64,000 nt of DNA from positions 1,152,001-1,216,000 of the forward strand of contig CBDAON010000004.1 in NCBI GenBank assembly GCA_965198065.1, read 5' to 3'. This DNA is from Longimicrobiales bacterium (GTDB lineage: Bacteria; Gemmatimonadota; Gemmatimonadetes; Longimicrobiales; Gaopeijiaceae). The notes beneath the pieces were generated by a model. The model was not told where the DNA came from. It saw only the letters and a list, made by a program, of their open reading frames with translations, and did no database searches. Shown here in pieces: positions 18,757 to 29,358 of the stretch (its first letter is position 1; the number at the start of each line of letters is the position of its first letter). A program made the position numbers and the translations under genes.

Positions 18757-21700
18757 TCAGTCCACACCCTGGAGGGCATGGGCCGGCGCCCCCTTCCCCT
18801 TCGCCATCCACTCTTGGAGCGACCGCACCTGTGGCTTCACAGAGCGGAGCGCGATGATCGCGTCGCACGCCGCGTTCGTGGCGGACATCGTCGTGAGGTA
18901 CGGGATGCCGTACGTGATCGCCGCCCGCCGCATCGCGTAGTCGTCGTACTGCGACTTCTTTCCGAGCGGCGTGTTGATGAGGAGGTCCACGTCCCCGCTC
19001 ACGATCACGTCCACGATGTGCGGCCGCCCCTCGCCCACCTTGAAGATGAACTCGGCCGGGATCCCGAGGCGGGAGATGTACTCGTGTGTCCCCCCCGTCG
19101 CGACGATCCGGAAGCCGAGGTCGTGGAAACGCCGCAGGATCGGGGTCACCGTCGCCTTGTCCCGATCGTTCACGGTCACGACGATCGTTCCCCCGTCCTT
19201 CGGAAGCAGGTTCATCCCCGCCGCCTGCGCCTTTGCGTACGCCATTCCGAGCGAGTCGTCGAATCCCATCACTTCGCCCGTGGAGCGCATTTCGGGGCCG
19301 AGCAGGATGTCCACGTCGAAGCGGGTGAAGGGGAGCACCGCCTCCTTCACGGCAATCCCCGGGAGGGGCGGCTCCTCGGGAACGCCGAGGTCCCGGAGCT
19401 TCTCCCCCGCAATGAGCCGGGCCGCAAGCCGCGCGAGCGGCACGCCCGTCGCCTTGCTCACGAACGGGACGGTCCGGGACGCGCGGGGGTTCACCTCGAG
19501 CACGTAGACGTTCCCGTCCCGGATCGCGTACTGGACGTTCAGGAGCCCCACGACTCCGAGCTCGAGGGCGAACGCCCTTGTGAGCTCGCGGATCCGCTCC
19601 AACTCCTCGGGCCCCAGGCGGTAGGGGGGGAGCACGCAGGCCGAGTCGCCGGAGTGGACGCCCGCATCCTCGATGTGCTGCATGATCCCGCCGATCACGA
19701 CGTCCTCTCCGTCCGAGAGCGCGTCCACGTCGGCCTCAAACGCATCTTCGATGAAGCGGTCGATGAGAACCGGATGATCGGGAGACACTCGCACGGCACG
19801 CTCGAAGTACGCCTCGAGAGAGGCGTCGTCGTAGACAATCTCCATCCCCCGCCCGCCGAGCACGTACGACGGTCTCACCAGGACCGGGTACTTGACCTCG
19901 CGGGCTACCTCTAGGGCCTCGCCGAGCGTGACGGCCGTGCCGTTCGCGGGGACGCGCGCGCCGACTTTCCGGCACACCTTCTCGAAGCGCTCGCGGTCCT
20001 CGGCGCGGTCGATCGCATCCACGGACGTTCCCAGGATCGTGGCGCCTGCGGCGGCCAGCCCCTCGGACAGGTTCAGGGGCGTCTGCCCGCCGAGCTGCAC
20101 GATGACGCCCATCGGCCTCTCCCGATGGATGATCTCGAGCACGTCCTCGAGGGTGAGCGGCTCGAAGTAGAGCGTATCCGATACGTCGAAGTCGGTGGAG
20201 ACCGTCTCGGGGTTCGAGTTCACCATGATGGCATGGAAGCCCCTCTTCCGGAGCTCCAGCACCGCCTGGACGCAGCAGTAATCGAACTCGATCCCCTGAC
20301 CGATCCGGTTGGGCCCACTCCCCAGGATCAGGACCTTCTTCTTCTCCGAAGGGCGAACCTCGTCCTCGGTCTCGTAGGACGAGTAGTAATAGGGCGTCTC
20401 CGCGGGAAGCTCTCCCGCGCAGGTGTCCACGACGTTGAAGCTCGGCCGGATCCCCTCCTTCCACCGCCGCGCCCGGACGTCCCCTTCCTTCTCTCCGCGG
20501 AGCCGGGCGAGCTGCGCGTCCGAGAAGCCGTTCCGTTTCACTCGGAGGATCGCCTCCGGCCCCACCTCGGGGAGGTCCCGGTACCACGCCTCCATCTCGA
20601 CCAGCTCGAGGAGCTGGTCCAGGAACCACGGGTCGATGGCCGTCGCCTCGTGGAGCTCGTCCAGGGTCGCGGGCTCTTCGCCGGGGTCGGGGGTCTTGGC
20701 TGTACCGGAGGCACCGCTCGCACCGGCCCCGCCGGCCACCCCAGTCTCCGCCTCGGAGGACGGGGAGCGGCTGCGGGAGGCGGCCTCCCACTTCACGATG
20801 GCCTGGAGGGCGCGCTTGAGCTGGAACGGGCGCTCCGCCGTGGGCCTGCGGAGCGCGGCGAGGAGGGACTGCCTATCGTCCGCCACGAGCCCGTCGTCCT
20901 CGAGCGACTCCCCCGTCACCCAGCCGGTGCGCCCGATCTCGAGGCCCCGGACCCCCTTCTGCCACGCCGCCTTGAACGTGCGGCCGATCGCCATGGTCTC
21001 ACCCACCGCCTTCATTTGGATTCCGAGCACGGGGTCGACCTCTCGGAACTTCTCGAAGGCGAAGCGAGGGAACTTGACGACGACATAGTCGAGGGTCGGC
21101 TCGAAGGAGGCGGGCGTCGTCTTGGTGATGTCGTTCGGGAGCTCGTAGAGGCGGTAGCCCACGGCGAGTTTCGCGCCCACGCGCGCGATGGGGAACCCGG
21201 TGGCCTTCGACGCCAGCGCTGACGATCGGGAGACCCGCGGGTTCATCTCGATCACGAGGAGATCACCGTCCTCCGGGTTAACGGCAAACTGGATGTTGCA
21301 CCCGCCGGCCTCGACTCCGATCTCCCGGATCGTCGCGATCGCCGCATCCCGCATCCGCTGGTACTCGCGATCGGTGAGCGTCTGGGCGGGAGCCACGGTG
21401 ATCGAGTCCCCCGTGTGCACCCCCATGGGATCGAAGTTCTCGATCGAGCAGACGACGATCACGTTGTCCTCGCCGTCCCGGACCACCTCGAGCTCGTACT
21501 CCTTCCACCCGATCACTGACCGGTCGATCAGCACCTCCCCAATGGGGGAGGCGTCGATGCCTCGGCGCACCGCGCTCTCGACCTCTTCCCGGTTGTACGC
21601 GATCCCGCCTCCCGTGCCCCCCAGCGTGAAGGAGGGTCGGATGATGGCCGGATAACCGGTCTCCTCCACGACGCGGAGCGCGTCTTCCTGCGACTTCGCG

Positions 21701-22143
21701 AACCCGCCGTGGGGAACCTCGAGCCCGATCCGCTCCATCGCCTCGGCGAACTCCTCCCGGTCCTCTGCCATGCGGATGGACCGCTCGTTCGCACCGATGA
21801 GCTCGACCCCATGCTCGGCGAGGACGCCTTCCTCGTGGAGCTCCATCGCGATGGTGAGGGCGGTCTGCCCACCCATGGTCGGGAGGACCGCGTCGGGACG
21901 CTCCTTCTCGATGATGCGCCGGACCCACTCCGTCGTTAGCGGCTCCACGTACGTCCGATCCGCGAGGTGCGGATCCGTCATGATCGTGGCAGGGTTCGAG
22001 TTCACGAGCACGACCCGATACCCCTCCTCCTTCAGCGCCCGCACGGCTTGCGTTCCCGAGTAGTCGAACTCGCAGCCCTGGCCGATCACGATCGGACCCG
22101 AACCCAGGATCAGGATCGTTTCCAGGTCATCGCGTCTGGGCAA
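18757..22143 (-). CDS. carB: Carbamoyl-phosphate synthase large subunit
   Basis: [17 protein letters not shown], two ATP-grasp halves (RPSFTLGG / [27 protein letters not shown]) and an MGS domain. TTG start at 22143. Confidence 0.97.
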   Translation of the reverse strand: MPRRDDLETILILGSGPIVIGQGCEFDYSGTQAVRALKEEGYRVVLVNSNPATIMTDPHLADRTYVEPLTTEWVRRIIEKERPDAVLPTMGGQTALTIAMELHEEGVLAEHGVELIGANERSIRMAEDREEFAEAMERIGLEVPHGGFAKSQEDALRVVEETGYPAIIRPSFTLGGTGGGIAYNREEVESAVRRGIDASPIGEVLIDRSVIGWKEYELEVVRDGEDNVIVVCSIENFDPMGVHTGDSITVAPAQTLTDREYQRMRDAAIATIREIGVEAGGCNIQFAVNPEDGDLLVIEMNPRVSRSSALASKATGFPIARVGAKLAVGYRLYELPNDITKTTPASFEPTLDYVVVKFPRFAFEKFREVDPVLGIQMKAVGETMAIGRTFKAAWQKGVRGLEIGRTGWVTGESLEDDGLVADDRQSLLAALRRPTAERPFQLKRALQAIVKWEAASRSRSPSSEAETGVAGGAGASGASGTAKTPDPGEEPATLDELHEATAIDPWFLDQLLELVEMEAWYRDLPEVGPEAILRVKRNGFSDAQLARLRGEKEGDVRARRWKEGIRPSFNVVDTCAGELPAETPYYYSSYETEDEVRPSEKKKVLILGSGPNRIGQGIEFDYCCVQAVLELRKRGFHAIMVNSNPETVSTDFDVSDTLYFEPLTLEDVLEIIHRERPMGVIVQLGGQTPLNLSEGLAAAGATILGTSVDAIDRAEDRERFEKVCRKVGARVPANGTAVTLGEALEVAREVKYPVLVRPSYVLGGRGMEIVYDDASLEAYFERAVRVSPDHPVLIDRFIEDAFEADVDALSDGEDVVIGGIMQHIEDAGVHSGDSACVLPPYRLGPEELERIRELTRAFALELGVVGLLNVQYAIRDGNVYVLEVNPRASRTVPFVSKATGVPLARLAARLIAGEKLRDLGVPEEPPLPGIAVKEAVLPFTRFDVDILLGPEMRSTGEVMGFDDSLGMAYAKAQAAGMNLLPKDGGTIVVTVNDRDKATVTPILRRFHDLGFRIVATGGTHEYISRLGIPAEFIFKVGEGRPHIVDVIVSGDVDLLINTPLGKKSQYDDYAMRRAAITYGIPYLTTMSATNAACDAIIALRSVKPQVRSLQEWMAKGKGAPAHALQGVD

Positions 22144-22186
22144 GAGGCGGTATCCGACGGGCGTCGTGGAAGGGAATCGGTGCGGC

Positions 22187-22220
22187 GGGCCGACGCGCCC
22201 GGGCCGACGCGCCCGGGCCG
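22187..22220. repeat. 14-bp tandem repeat (about 2.4 copies)
   Basis: GGGCCGACGCGCCC twice plus GGGCCG, upstream of carB. Confidence 0.7.
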
Positions 22221-22549
22221 GGCGCACGGAGCCTCGTACGTGCACCTCGGGGGGCCGCTGGACCGGTGTGAAACTCGTCCGTCCACCAGGCGAAATCAAG
22301 GCAGCGCCCCCGTCCCTCGAGGAGGCGCCGGGCCGTGTCGGGTGCGGACCGAGGTCGGGGGCTCCATCCGGTTTCGGTTGCGGCGTGCCCGGTCGCCACC
22401 CTATATGGACTTTCGGCCTGAGGTGCAGGATCGGCTCCCGAAGTTGCCGCCGATCCGAGCGCGCCAGGTGCGAAGCTCGACGGACGGGCTCGCAGTGACG
22501 CGCGACCGATTGCAGAACCGACAGTCACGTGGAACCAAGGAGACTCGAC

Positions 22550-23227
22550 ATGAGAGGAAAGGTTGCAGCTCTGACCGTGCTCGTGATCGCGACGCTCGGT
22601 GTGGGACCGACAGAGGTCAGCGCTCAAGATCCCCCGATGGGATTCTTCATCACGAGCGTGGGTCCGGGGAACGGCGGCGATCTCGGTGGGCTGGCGGGAG
22701 CCGATGCGCACTGTGAGGCCCTCGCGGCGGCGGTGGGAGCGGGCGGCCGCGAGTGGAGAGCGTACGTGAGCCAGAACGCCGGCGGGGGGCTCCCACAGGT
22801 GAACGCCAGGGACCGCATCGGAAACGGCCCCTGGTACAACGCGAACGGCCAGCGCATCGCGTGGGACGTCGGGAACCTGCATGGGGACAACCAGAGGGAC
22901 TCGAACAACATCCGGAAGCCGACGGCCGTCAACGAGCGGGGCGACCCGGTGAACGGCGCGGGCGATCAGCCGAACCAGCACGATATCCTGACCGGATCAG
23001 ATTCGCACGGACGGGCCCTGCCGGGCTCCTCGGCGGTCAACACGTGCAGCAACTGGACGAGCTCGGATCCGGCCAACCGGGCGATGGTCGGCCACCACGA
23101 TCGGTTGGGTGGAGCCAACGCGTCGTGGAACGCGGTGCATCACTCGTCCGGGTGTGGCCAGCAGAACCTCGTCCAGACCGGCGGCAACGGGCTCTTCTAC
23201 TGCTTCGCCGCCGACGACCCGATGTAG
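22550..23227 (+). CDS. Secreted endostatin/C-type lectin-like protein
   Basis: AAGGAG RBS, signal peptide, GDLGGLAGADAHC, WRAY, NARDRIGNGPW, HDILTGS and GLFYCFA. Confidence 0.8.
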   Translation: MRGKVAALTVLVIATLGVGPTEVSAQDPPMGFFITSVGPGNGGDLGGLAGADAHCEALAAAVGAGGREWRAYVSQNAGGGLPQVNARDRIGNGPWYNANGQRIAWDVGNLHGDNQRDSNNIRKPTAVNERGDPVNGAGDQPNQHDILTGSDSHGRALPGSSAVNTCSNWTSSDPANRAMVGHHDRLGGANASWNAVHHSSGCGQQNLVQTGGNGLFYCFAADDPM

Positions 23228-23344
23228 TGATGGTCTGACAGAGCGGGCCAGCGATCGAACGGGGTCCCTCCAGGCCCGATGTAGGGAACTATCCGATGTA
23301 GAGGCCCCGCGCTTCGACGACGGGCTCGCTTAGTTGCGCGAGTG

Positions 23345-23764
23345 TTATCGAAGCGTCAAGCGCACCTGAACGTCCGACGGGTTCGGACGGAGGGCGTTGT
23401 CCCGGTCCGCCGCTTCGAGCACGGTCACGGAAGGCGGCCCCAGGGACACGTCATCCACCTCCACCCGGAAGGTGAGGGCGCCCGACGGCTCGGGGTCCAG
23501 GAGGAGGACGCGAAGCTCGTGGGTGGCCTCGGGACCGGGGGCAGGCGCGGTCCAGCTGCGCGTTCCCCCCTCCCCGACCACGTCCCGCACGCCTTGTCCC
23601 GCCACGAGCAGGAGCGTGGTGCCGGGGGCCCCGCCTGGAGCCTCGACCGAGCCCCCGAACTCGCCCGGTCCCGACCGGCGTTCGTCCGCGCATCCCGCGG
23701 CGACGAGCCCAACCACGGCGGTCAGGGCTACCGCACGGAGCCGGACGTTCTCAGCCATCGTCAT
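23345..23764 (-). CDS. Hypothetical lipoprotein (beta-sandwich, possibly cohesin-like)
   Basis: Lipobox VAAGC, beta-rich sequence; overlaps the stop of the M6 protease gene. Confidence 0.7.
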   Translation of the reverse strand: MTMAENVRLRAVALTAVVGLVAAGCADERRSGPGEFGGSVEAPGGAPGTTLLLVAGQGVRDVVGEGGTRSWTAPAPGPEATHELRVLLLDPEPSGALTFRVEVDDVSLGPPSVTVLEAADRDNALRPNPSDVQVRLTLR

Positions 23765-26321
23765 CCTCCGCCGGCTCGAGGGGTCCCAGCGGCACCAGGG
23801 TCCGTACCAGCTGGGCCTCGGGCACGGACTCGGGGAGCTCCGGGTGCGCCAGGAGAAACGCCCGGAAGTCCCCGATGTCGTACGCGCCGCTCGCGTTTCC
23901 CCAGCGGTCGAGGAACCACTGTTGTAGCGGGGTCGGGCCCACGCCCGATTCGATGAACGGGCCCACGAGGGTGGAGGCCCCGAGGCGGGGAGGGCCGACG
24001 TCGAGAACGATCGTTCCCCTCGCCTCGAGCCCGATGGCGTCTTGAGCGAGGATCTGGAGTGGAAAGGCCCCTGTCTCCATGGCGCCGCCCAAGATCCTCC
24101 CGCTGGCCCCATCCAAGATGAGACCGTCGGGGAGCGTCCCCTCTTCGAGCGTCCACGTCACGGGAACATTGGCGTTCAAGACCTGGAAGGCGATCTCGCC
24201 GGGCGTCGCGGCCTCGAGCGACACCCGCTCCGCCGTCTCAGCGAGGGCGTACGTCACGTCGAACCGCGCCTCGACGTCCACCGCGGTCCCCACGGTGAGC
24301 GTTGCCGGGTTCAGGCTTCCGGCCACGGCGCCCATCCACTCAAGGAAGGAGAAGCCCGTCCGCGGGGTGGCCTCGAGGAAGACCTCCGTCCCCTCCGCGA
24401 ACCAGAACCCTTCCGAAGCGGGAACGGACACGACGCTCCCGGGCGAGATCCCCGCCACGGGTGCAGTCACGGTCACCCCGATCTGGACCTCCCGACCGGC
24501 GTAGCGGGCCACGAGCTCGGCATCCTGGAGGGGGGTCACGAACAGCCGCGTCCTCGGGCCTCCATCCGACCAGGCCTGGAACGGCGCGCGCGTGCCCGGC
24601 CCGAGCGGGATCCCCGGAGGCGCCGAGATCTCATGCACCTCGAAGGGGGCGGCAACGAAGGTGGTCTCTCCTCCCTCGCCCTCGGCTCCATCCACGTGGA
24701 AGCGGGGCGGGGCGAGCGGGGCTTCCTCCCACTCCGCCGCGAGAGACACTGTGGTGAATCCCGTGTGCGCCCGGAAACGCACGTCGCCCGGGGCCGGCCC
24801 GACGGCTTCGATCTCGGTCAGGGTGATCCCCATGGCCGACCCCACGTGGGTGCGGGAGAACGGGGGGTTCCCCGCGTGGAACTCCCGGTTCACCTCGCAC
24901 GCTTCTTCGGGATCGAAGTAATCCTCCTTTATGCAGCCGGGAAACGGATCGCCCCGGTCGCCCCGGTTCCCGCCCGGCAGCGCGAGATGGTTCCGCCCGT
25001 CCGCCTGCCGGAGCCACACCCCCAGCCGGGAGGCCTCCGCGTTCACGTTGTTCGACGCCCAGCGCGCGTCGAGGACCGCGGGGGCCACGTGCCACACCAG
25101 GAGGCCGGGCTCGGGGAGGTGGACGTCGGACCCCAGCGGCTGCCGGTTCTCGAGGAGGATGTACTCTCCCGAACCGTCCTGCGAGGGAATCCGAAGCGCC
25201 CGGCGGGACGACTCCACCGGCGGAAGGGTCACTACCTCGTCTGTTCCGGGCTTGATCTCCTCGACCTCCACCCACCCGAGCGCCGCCTTGCTCCATGCCC
25301 CCATGTGGCAGGGGCGGGACGGGTCCGTGCCCCGACACCCCCAGCTCCCCGTTCCCATCAGGTCCCAGTTCCCGCTTCCCCGGTGACTCTGGTCCCCCGT
25401 CGGGTACAGGTCGGGGAGACCGAAGCCGTGACCCAGCTCGTGAGCGAACGTCCCGATCTGGTTGAAGCTCTCCCCGTCGCACGCGAGAACAGGCTGCACG
25501 GTGTAGTCGTTCACGTAGATGACCCCGGGCCCGGCCGGCCGGGGGGTCGAGGTGGGGAGTCCGGGATCCAACCGGCCCTCGGTCGCGCGCTCCAGGCTCC
25601 ATCGGTGGGACCAGATCTGGTTCGTCCCCCCTCCAGCGCATTCGGCCCCGGGAACGGGGTGGATCACGGTGAGGAGGTCCACGAACCCGTCCCGATCCGC
25701 GTCGTAAACGCTCCAGTCCAGACCCGTCGCGTCCGCAGACCGCACCACGGCCTCGACGAAGGCCCCGATACCCTCCGTGCGGTGGGACACGAGCGCGCTC
25801 TGGTTCTGCGTGACTTGGGCACGGGTGAGGCCGCTCTGGACCCAGTCGAAGGTGGTGCCCTCTAGCTGGACCAACCCCCCGGAGAGCTCGGCATAGAACT
25901 CGGGAATCGTCTGGAAGTACGAGTTCGGTCCGTCGATCAGCTCCCGCTGGACCTCCACGCGGGAAAACGGGGGCGCCGGTCCGTCGGAAAAGAGCCCGAG
26001 TACGAGCGGAAAGCGGAACGCGCCCACGATCGGCTCCGCTCTGGGGCCGAGCGCCCGTGCGCTTCCTGGTGGGGCGGGCGGCACGCTCCCGTAGAGCCCT
26101 TCCCGGAGGCGCTCCAGGCGCTCGATCCCCTCGGACGAGAACCGGAACGACTCAGGGTCCGCCTCGAGCTGGCGGTAGTACCCCTCCGGCGGCCGGGTGC
26201 CGTAAATCTCTCCGAGGAGGACCACGTCCTGCCCGAGGGCGGGGCCCGCCCAAAGAACCGCGAGGGCGGCAGCCAACACGGCCCCCCGGACGGCCGCGGG
26301 AACACTGTCGAGTCGGCGCAT
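23751..26321 (-). CDS. M6 (immune inhibitor A) family secreted metalloprotease with Ig-like repeats
   Basis: Signal peptide, DADRDGFVD, IWSHRW, HELGHGFGLPDLY, WDLMGTG and EYILLENRQ; InlB-B-like (GFSFLEW) and He_PIG-like (GTLPDGL) domains. Confidence 0.9.
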   Translation of the reverse strand: MRRLDSVPAAVRGAVLAAALAVLWAGPALGQDVVLLGEIYGTRPPEGYYRQLEADPESFRFSSEGIERLERLREGLYGSVPPAPPGSARALGPRAEPIVGAFRFPLVLGLFSDGPAPPFSRVEVQRELIDGPNSYFQTIPEFYAELSGGLVQLEGTTFDWVQSGLTRAQVTQNQSALVSHRTEGIGAFVEAVVRSADATGLDWSVYDADRDGFVDLLTVIHPVPGAECAGGGTNQIWSHRWSLERATEGRLDPGLPTSTPRPAGPGVIYVNDYTVQPVLACDGESFNQIGTFAHELGHGFGLPDLYPTGDQSHRGSGNWDLMGTGSWGCRGTDPSRPCHMGAWSKAALGWVEVEEIKPGTDEVVTLPPVESSRRALRIPSQDGSGEYILLENRQPLGSDVHLPEPGLLVWHVAPAVLDARWASNNVNAEASRLGVWLRQADGRNHLALPGGNRGDRGDPFPGCIKEDYFDPEEACEVNREFHAGNPPFSRTHVGSAMGITLTEIEAVGPAPGDVRFRAHTGFTTVSLAAEWEEAPLAPPRFHVDGAEGEGGETTFVAAPFEVHEISAPPGIPLGPGTRAPFQAWSDGGPRTRLFVTPLQDAELVARYAGREVQIGVTVTAPVAGISPGSVVSVPASEGFWFAEGTEVFLEATPRTGFSFLEWMGAVAGSLNPATLTVGTAVDVEARFDVTYALAETAERVSLEAATPGEIAFQVLNANVPVTWTLEEGTLPDGLILDGASGRILGGAMETGAFPLQILAQDAIGLEARGTIVLDVGPPRLGASTLVGPFIESGVGPTPLQQWFLDRWGNASGAYDIGDFRAFLLAHPELPESVPEAQLVRTLVPLGPLEPAEDDDG

Positions 26322-26329
26322 CGTGGGTT

Positions 26330-26920
26330 CTACCCCGACCCCCCGCCGGAACGCCCCCTTCGGTCCTCGCCCCGGATCCCGAGATCCGCCGCCTGTGCCC
26401 GAAGCCCGTCGATCACGTTCTGGATGTGGGCGGAGAGCTCGAGCCCCAGGAGCTCGGCGCCCCTCCTCACCTCGTCCCGATCCACGCCCGCCGCGAATGC
26501 CCTGTCCTTGAGCTTCTTCACAACGGACTTCGGGGTCAGGTCGTCGATCCCGTTGGGGCGCACCAGGCAGGCGGCCACGACGAGCCCGGAGACCTCGTCA
26601 CACGCGAGGAGGACCCGATCCAGCTCGGTCTCCGGCTCGACCCCCGTGAAATCCGAGCGATGGGCGAGGATCGCGTGCAGGATCCCTTCGGGGTATCCGG
26701 CCTCGCGGAGCGCATCCACGGCGCGGAGCGGGTGCTCGTCCGGGTGGCGCTCCCAGTCCAGGTCGTGGAGGAGACCAGCGAGACCCCACGTCTCCTCGTC
26801 AGCCCCTTTCAGGCGAGCGTAATGCCGGACCGCGGCCTCGACGGCCCGCATGTGAGAGCGGAGACCCTCGTTCTCGACCCACTCCCCGAGGAGCGCGAGC
26901 GCATGGTTCCGGTCGGGCAC
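26330..26920 (-). CDS. HD-domain phosphohydrolase (HDIG type)
   Basis: LRSHMRAVE, GLLHDLD, AILAH, ACDE and KKLKDRAFAAGVDR. Confidence 0.9.
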   Translation of the reverse strand: MPDRNHALALLGEWVENEGLRSHMRAVEAAVRHYARLKGADEETWGLAGLLHDLDWERHPDEHPLRAVDALREAGYPEGILHAILAHRSDFTGVEPETELDRVLLACDEVSGLVVAACLVRPNGIDDLTPKSVVKKLKDRAFAAGVDRDEVRRGAELLGLELSAHIQNVIDGLRAQAADLGIRGEDRRGRSGGGSG

Positions 26921-26959
26921 TTCGATCTCCTCCGGGTGGAACGAGGCGGTCCGGACGGC

Positions 26960-27610
26960 CTACGCGGTCGAAGACGGGCAGAGCGCGGAGACAGGACAGG
27001 ACTGGCAACGCGGCTTCCGGGCCACGCACGTCCGCCGACCATGAAAGATGAGGAGGTGGGACAGGAGGGTCCACCGCTCGCGGGGGAACAGGGCCATGAG
27101 ATCTCGCTCGATCTTCACGGGGTCCCGCTCGCGCGTGAACCCCAGACGGTTCGAGAGCCGGCTCACGTGGGTGTCCACGACGACCCCCTCGTCCAGCCCG
27201 AACGCGTTCCCCAGGATCACGTTCGCGGTCTTCCGACCCACCCCCAACAGGGCTGTGAGCGCCTCCATCGTATTGGGGATCTCTCCCCCGTGGCGCTCGA
27301 CCACGGCGCCGGCCATCCCGAGAAGGCTCTTCGTCTTGTTCCGAAAGAAGCCCGTCGGGTGGATCATCTCCTCCAGCTCGGACGGGCTCGCCTCCGCGAG
27401 GGACGCCGCGTCGGGAAAGCGGCGGAAGAGATCAGGGGTGACCCGGTTCACCCGCTCGTCCGTGCACTGTGCCGAGAGGATCGTCGCAACCGTGAGCTCG
27501 TAGGCATTCCGGTGGTGGAGCGCCGTGTGCGCGTCTGGGTGCTCCTTCCTGAGGAGATCGAAGACCCGCGCCGCGCGCTCCGCGTTCCTAGCCCTGGACT
27601 CGCGGGGCAT
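26960..27610 (-). CDS. nth: Endonuclease III
   Basis: ILSAQCTD, HhH motif GVGRKTANV, VVDTHV and the 4Fe-4S motif C-x6-C-x2-C-x5-C. Confidence 0.96.
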   Translation of the reverse strand: MPRESRARNAERAARVFDLLRKEHPDAHTALHHRNAYELTVATILSAQCTDERVNRVTPDLFRRFPDAASLAEASPSELEEMIHPTGFFRNKTKSLLGMAGAVVERHGGEIPNTMEALTALLGVGRKTANVILGNAFGLDEGVVVDTHVSRLSNRLGFTRERDPVKIERDLMALFPRERWTLLSHLLIFHGRRTCVARKPRCQSCPVSALCPSSTA

Positions 27611-28431
27611 CAGGGCTCTTCCCGGACACGAACCCGCCGGAACGGGAGGGAGCTCGGCCGGGGGAGCCCTGGCTCCGCGGGAACCTCGGAGGCCCGGGGG
27701 CCGCGCTCTAGCTCCCCGACGAGGGCGGGCTCGCCGGCCATGTAGGCGAAAGCGCGGGCAGCGAGCTTCAGGGCCTCCCCGAACGTGACTACCGAGTAGA
27801 GAGCGTCGAGCTCTCCTCCCGGCAGGGTGGTAGCGAAGTCGTCTCCCCCCTCGCGCGCCGGCTCGTGGGGCCAGCGCGCCGCGTCCGCGAGTGGGACCGG
27901 CGGAAGCTCCACGACCGAGACGCCCGGGCGATCCGCCCGCACGCCCAGCGCGACCAGGAGGGAGAGGGTCTCCCCGGAGGAGCGGCACCAGAAGATTCCG
28001 TCGAGGGGCTCGGCGGGACCGTCCTCCTGCGGATGGGACCAGAAGAGGTTCCTGGGAAGCTGGAGGTAGCCCGCCGGGTGGATAAGCGCGCCCTCCCAGC
28101 CACGGAAGGCCTCGGGCCCGCTCCCGAGCAGCTGGCGGGCCGCTGGAGCCTCGAGCAGGTAGAGGGGCTCCCCGGCCATTCGGAAGTGATACGCCTGGAA
28201 CAGGAACGCTCCGTACCTCTGGAGCGCCTGGCCGCCCCGCTCCTCGCCCTGGATCCCACGGACGGCGAGGCCCACTTCCCCGAGAAGCACGAACGCCCCC
28301 GGGTCCAGCGCGTCTACCGAACGGCTCTCCGCCTCCTCCGCAATCCGGCGAAAAGTGTCCTCCGCGAATTGCCGGCCCGGGATTCCCACCTCGTAGGGGG
28401 TGAGCCGGGCCCACTCGTCCCCTCCGCTCAT
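27610..28431 (-). CDS. Hypothetical protein
   Basis: Long ORF with coding-like codon usage; translationally coupled to nth (TGATG). Confidence 0.75.
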   Translation of the reverse strand: MSGGDEWARLTPYEVGIPGRQFAEDTFRRIAEEAESRSVDALDPGAFVLLGEVGLAVRGIQGEERGGQALQRYGAFLFQAYHFRMAGEPLYLLEAPAARQLLGSGPEAFRGWEGALIHPAGYLQLPRNLFWSHPQEDGPAEPLDGIFWCRSSGETLSLLVALGVRADRPGVSVVELPPVPLADAARWPHEPAREGGDDFATTLPGGELDALYSVVTFGEALKLAARAFAYMAGEPALVGELERGPRASEVPAEPGLPRPSSLPFRRVRVREEP

Positions 28432-28527
28432 TGCGCTCGCCCCATCCGGTCCTTGGGGGCACTCGGTGGGCGCCTCGCTCGTCGTCGTGTCGCCGCTCGC
28501 CGTCGTCTCATCACGGCCGCCGGGCGC

Positions 28528-29286
28528 TCATCCGTCGTCAGGCCCGGGCGACCCCGGCGCGCTCCCGACTTCCCGGGGTTTCGCCTCGGACTCGAGAACC
28601 TCCGGAGATTGACGGCGCCAGACGCGCCACAGCCGCTCCCATCCCCCCACGCTCCGAAGGAGCACGAGCTGGAGCCAGCCGCCACCGGCGTCCAGATCGT
28701 GGATCCGAATGTAGTGGACGTCGCCCAACTCTTCCGGGCGATCGATCGCCCAGCACCGTCCGTCCCACTCGAACTCGATCGCCCTCGCGCGCTCAAAGTC
28801 GTCGGGCCGCCACGGCCGCTCGATGTATACGTCGCGTTCCACCCGGTAGACCGAGCGGGCGACGGGGAGCCCGGACTGGAAGTACCACGGGTCGAAGTCG
28901 AGCCTCTGCTCCCGCTTGTAGCTTTCCTCGAGTGCGTAATCGACTCCCTCAAGGGCATCGTCCTCCGCGAGGAACTCGAGGTGGTGCCGCAACTCGTGCG
29001 TGATCGTCTCCCAGAGCTCCTCCTCCCAGGAGAGGTCGGGGTCGCCATCCGCGACCTGGGCGAACGATCCGTAATAAAGGGCGAGGAACGAGCGGGTGCT
29101 GTCCGGACCTCCGTATCCCGAAGGATACGGCTCCGTGAAGCACATCCCCATCGTGTAGTAGTCCTCGTGATCGGGATGCGCCTCGGCCTCCCGGCGCACG
29201 ACGATCCCGTCGATCCCCTCCTTGTACTCCGCGGGGATCTTCTCCCACATCCGGTGGGCCTCGGCCTCGAATTCCTCGAACGTCAT
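28528..29286 (-). CDS. Zincin-like metallopeptidase family protein
   Basis: MTFEEFE N-terminus, LYYGSF and a TITHELRHHLE (HExxH) motif. Confidence 0.85.
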   Translation of the reverse strand: MTFEEFEAEAHRMWEKIPAEYKEGIDGIVVRREAEAHPDHEDYYTMGMCFTEPYPSGYGGPDSTRSFLALYYGSFAQVADGDPDLSWEEELWETITHELRHHLEFLAEDDALEGVDYALEESYKREQRLDFDPWYFQSGLPVARSVYRVERDVYIERPWRPDDFERARAIEFEWDGRCWAIDRPEELGDVHYIRIHDLDAGGGWLQLVLLRSVGGWERLWRVWRRQSPEVLESEAKPREVGSAPGSPGPDDG

Positions 29287-29358
29287 CGATGCCGGGCTCC
29301 GGCTCGGGACCCCGTCACGCCCACGACCGGCTACGCTCCGTGCCTCTTCAGCGAGCTG

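Noticed and set aside
18106..27745. Long alternative-frame ORFs (for example 18106-19914, 24042-25865 and 26057-27745, and similar ones across the window)
   Set aside because: These are shadow ORFs antisense to well-supported genes, Arg/Pro/Gly-rich and expected at high GC.
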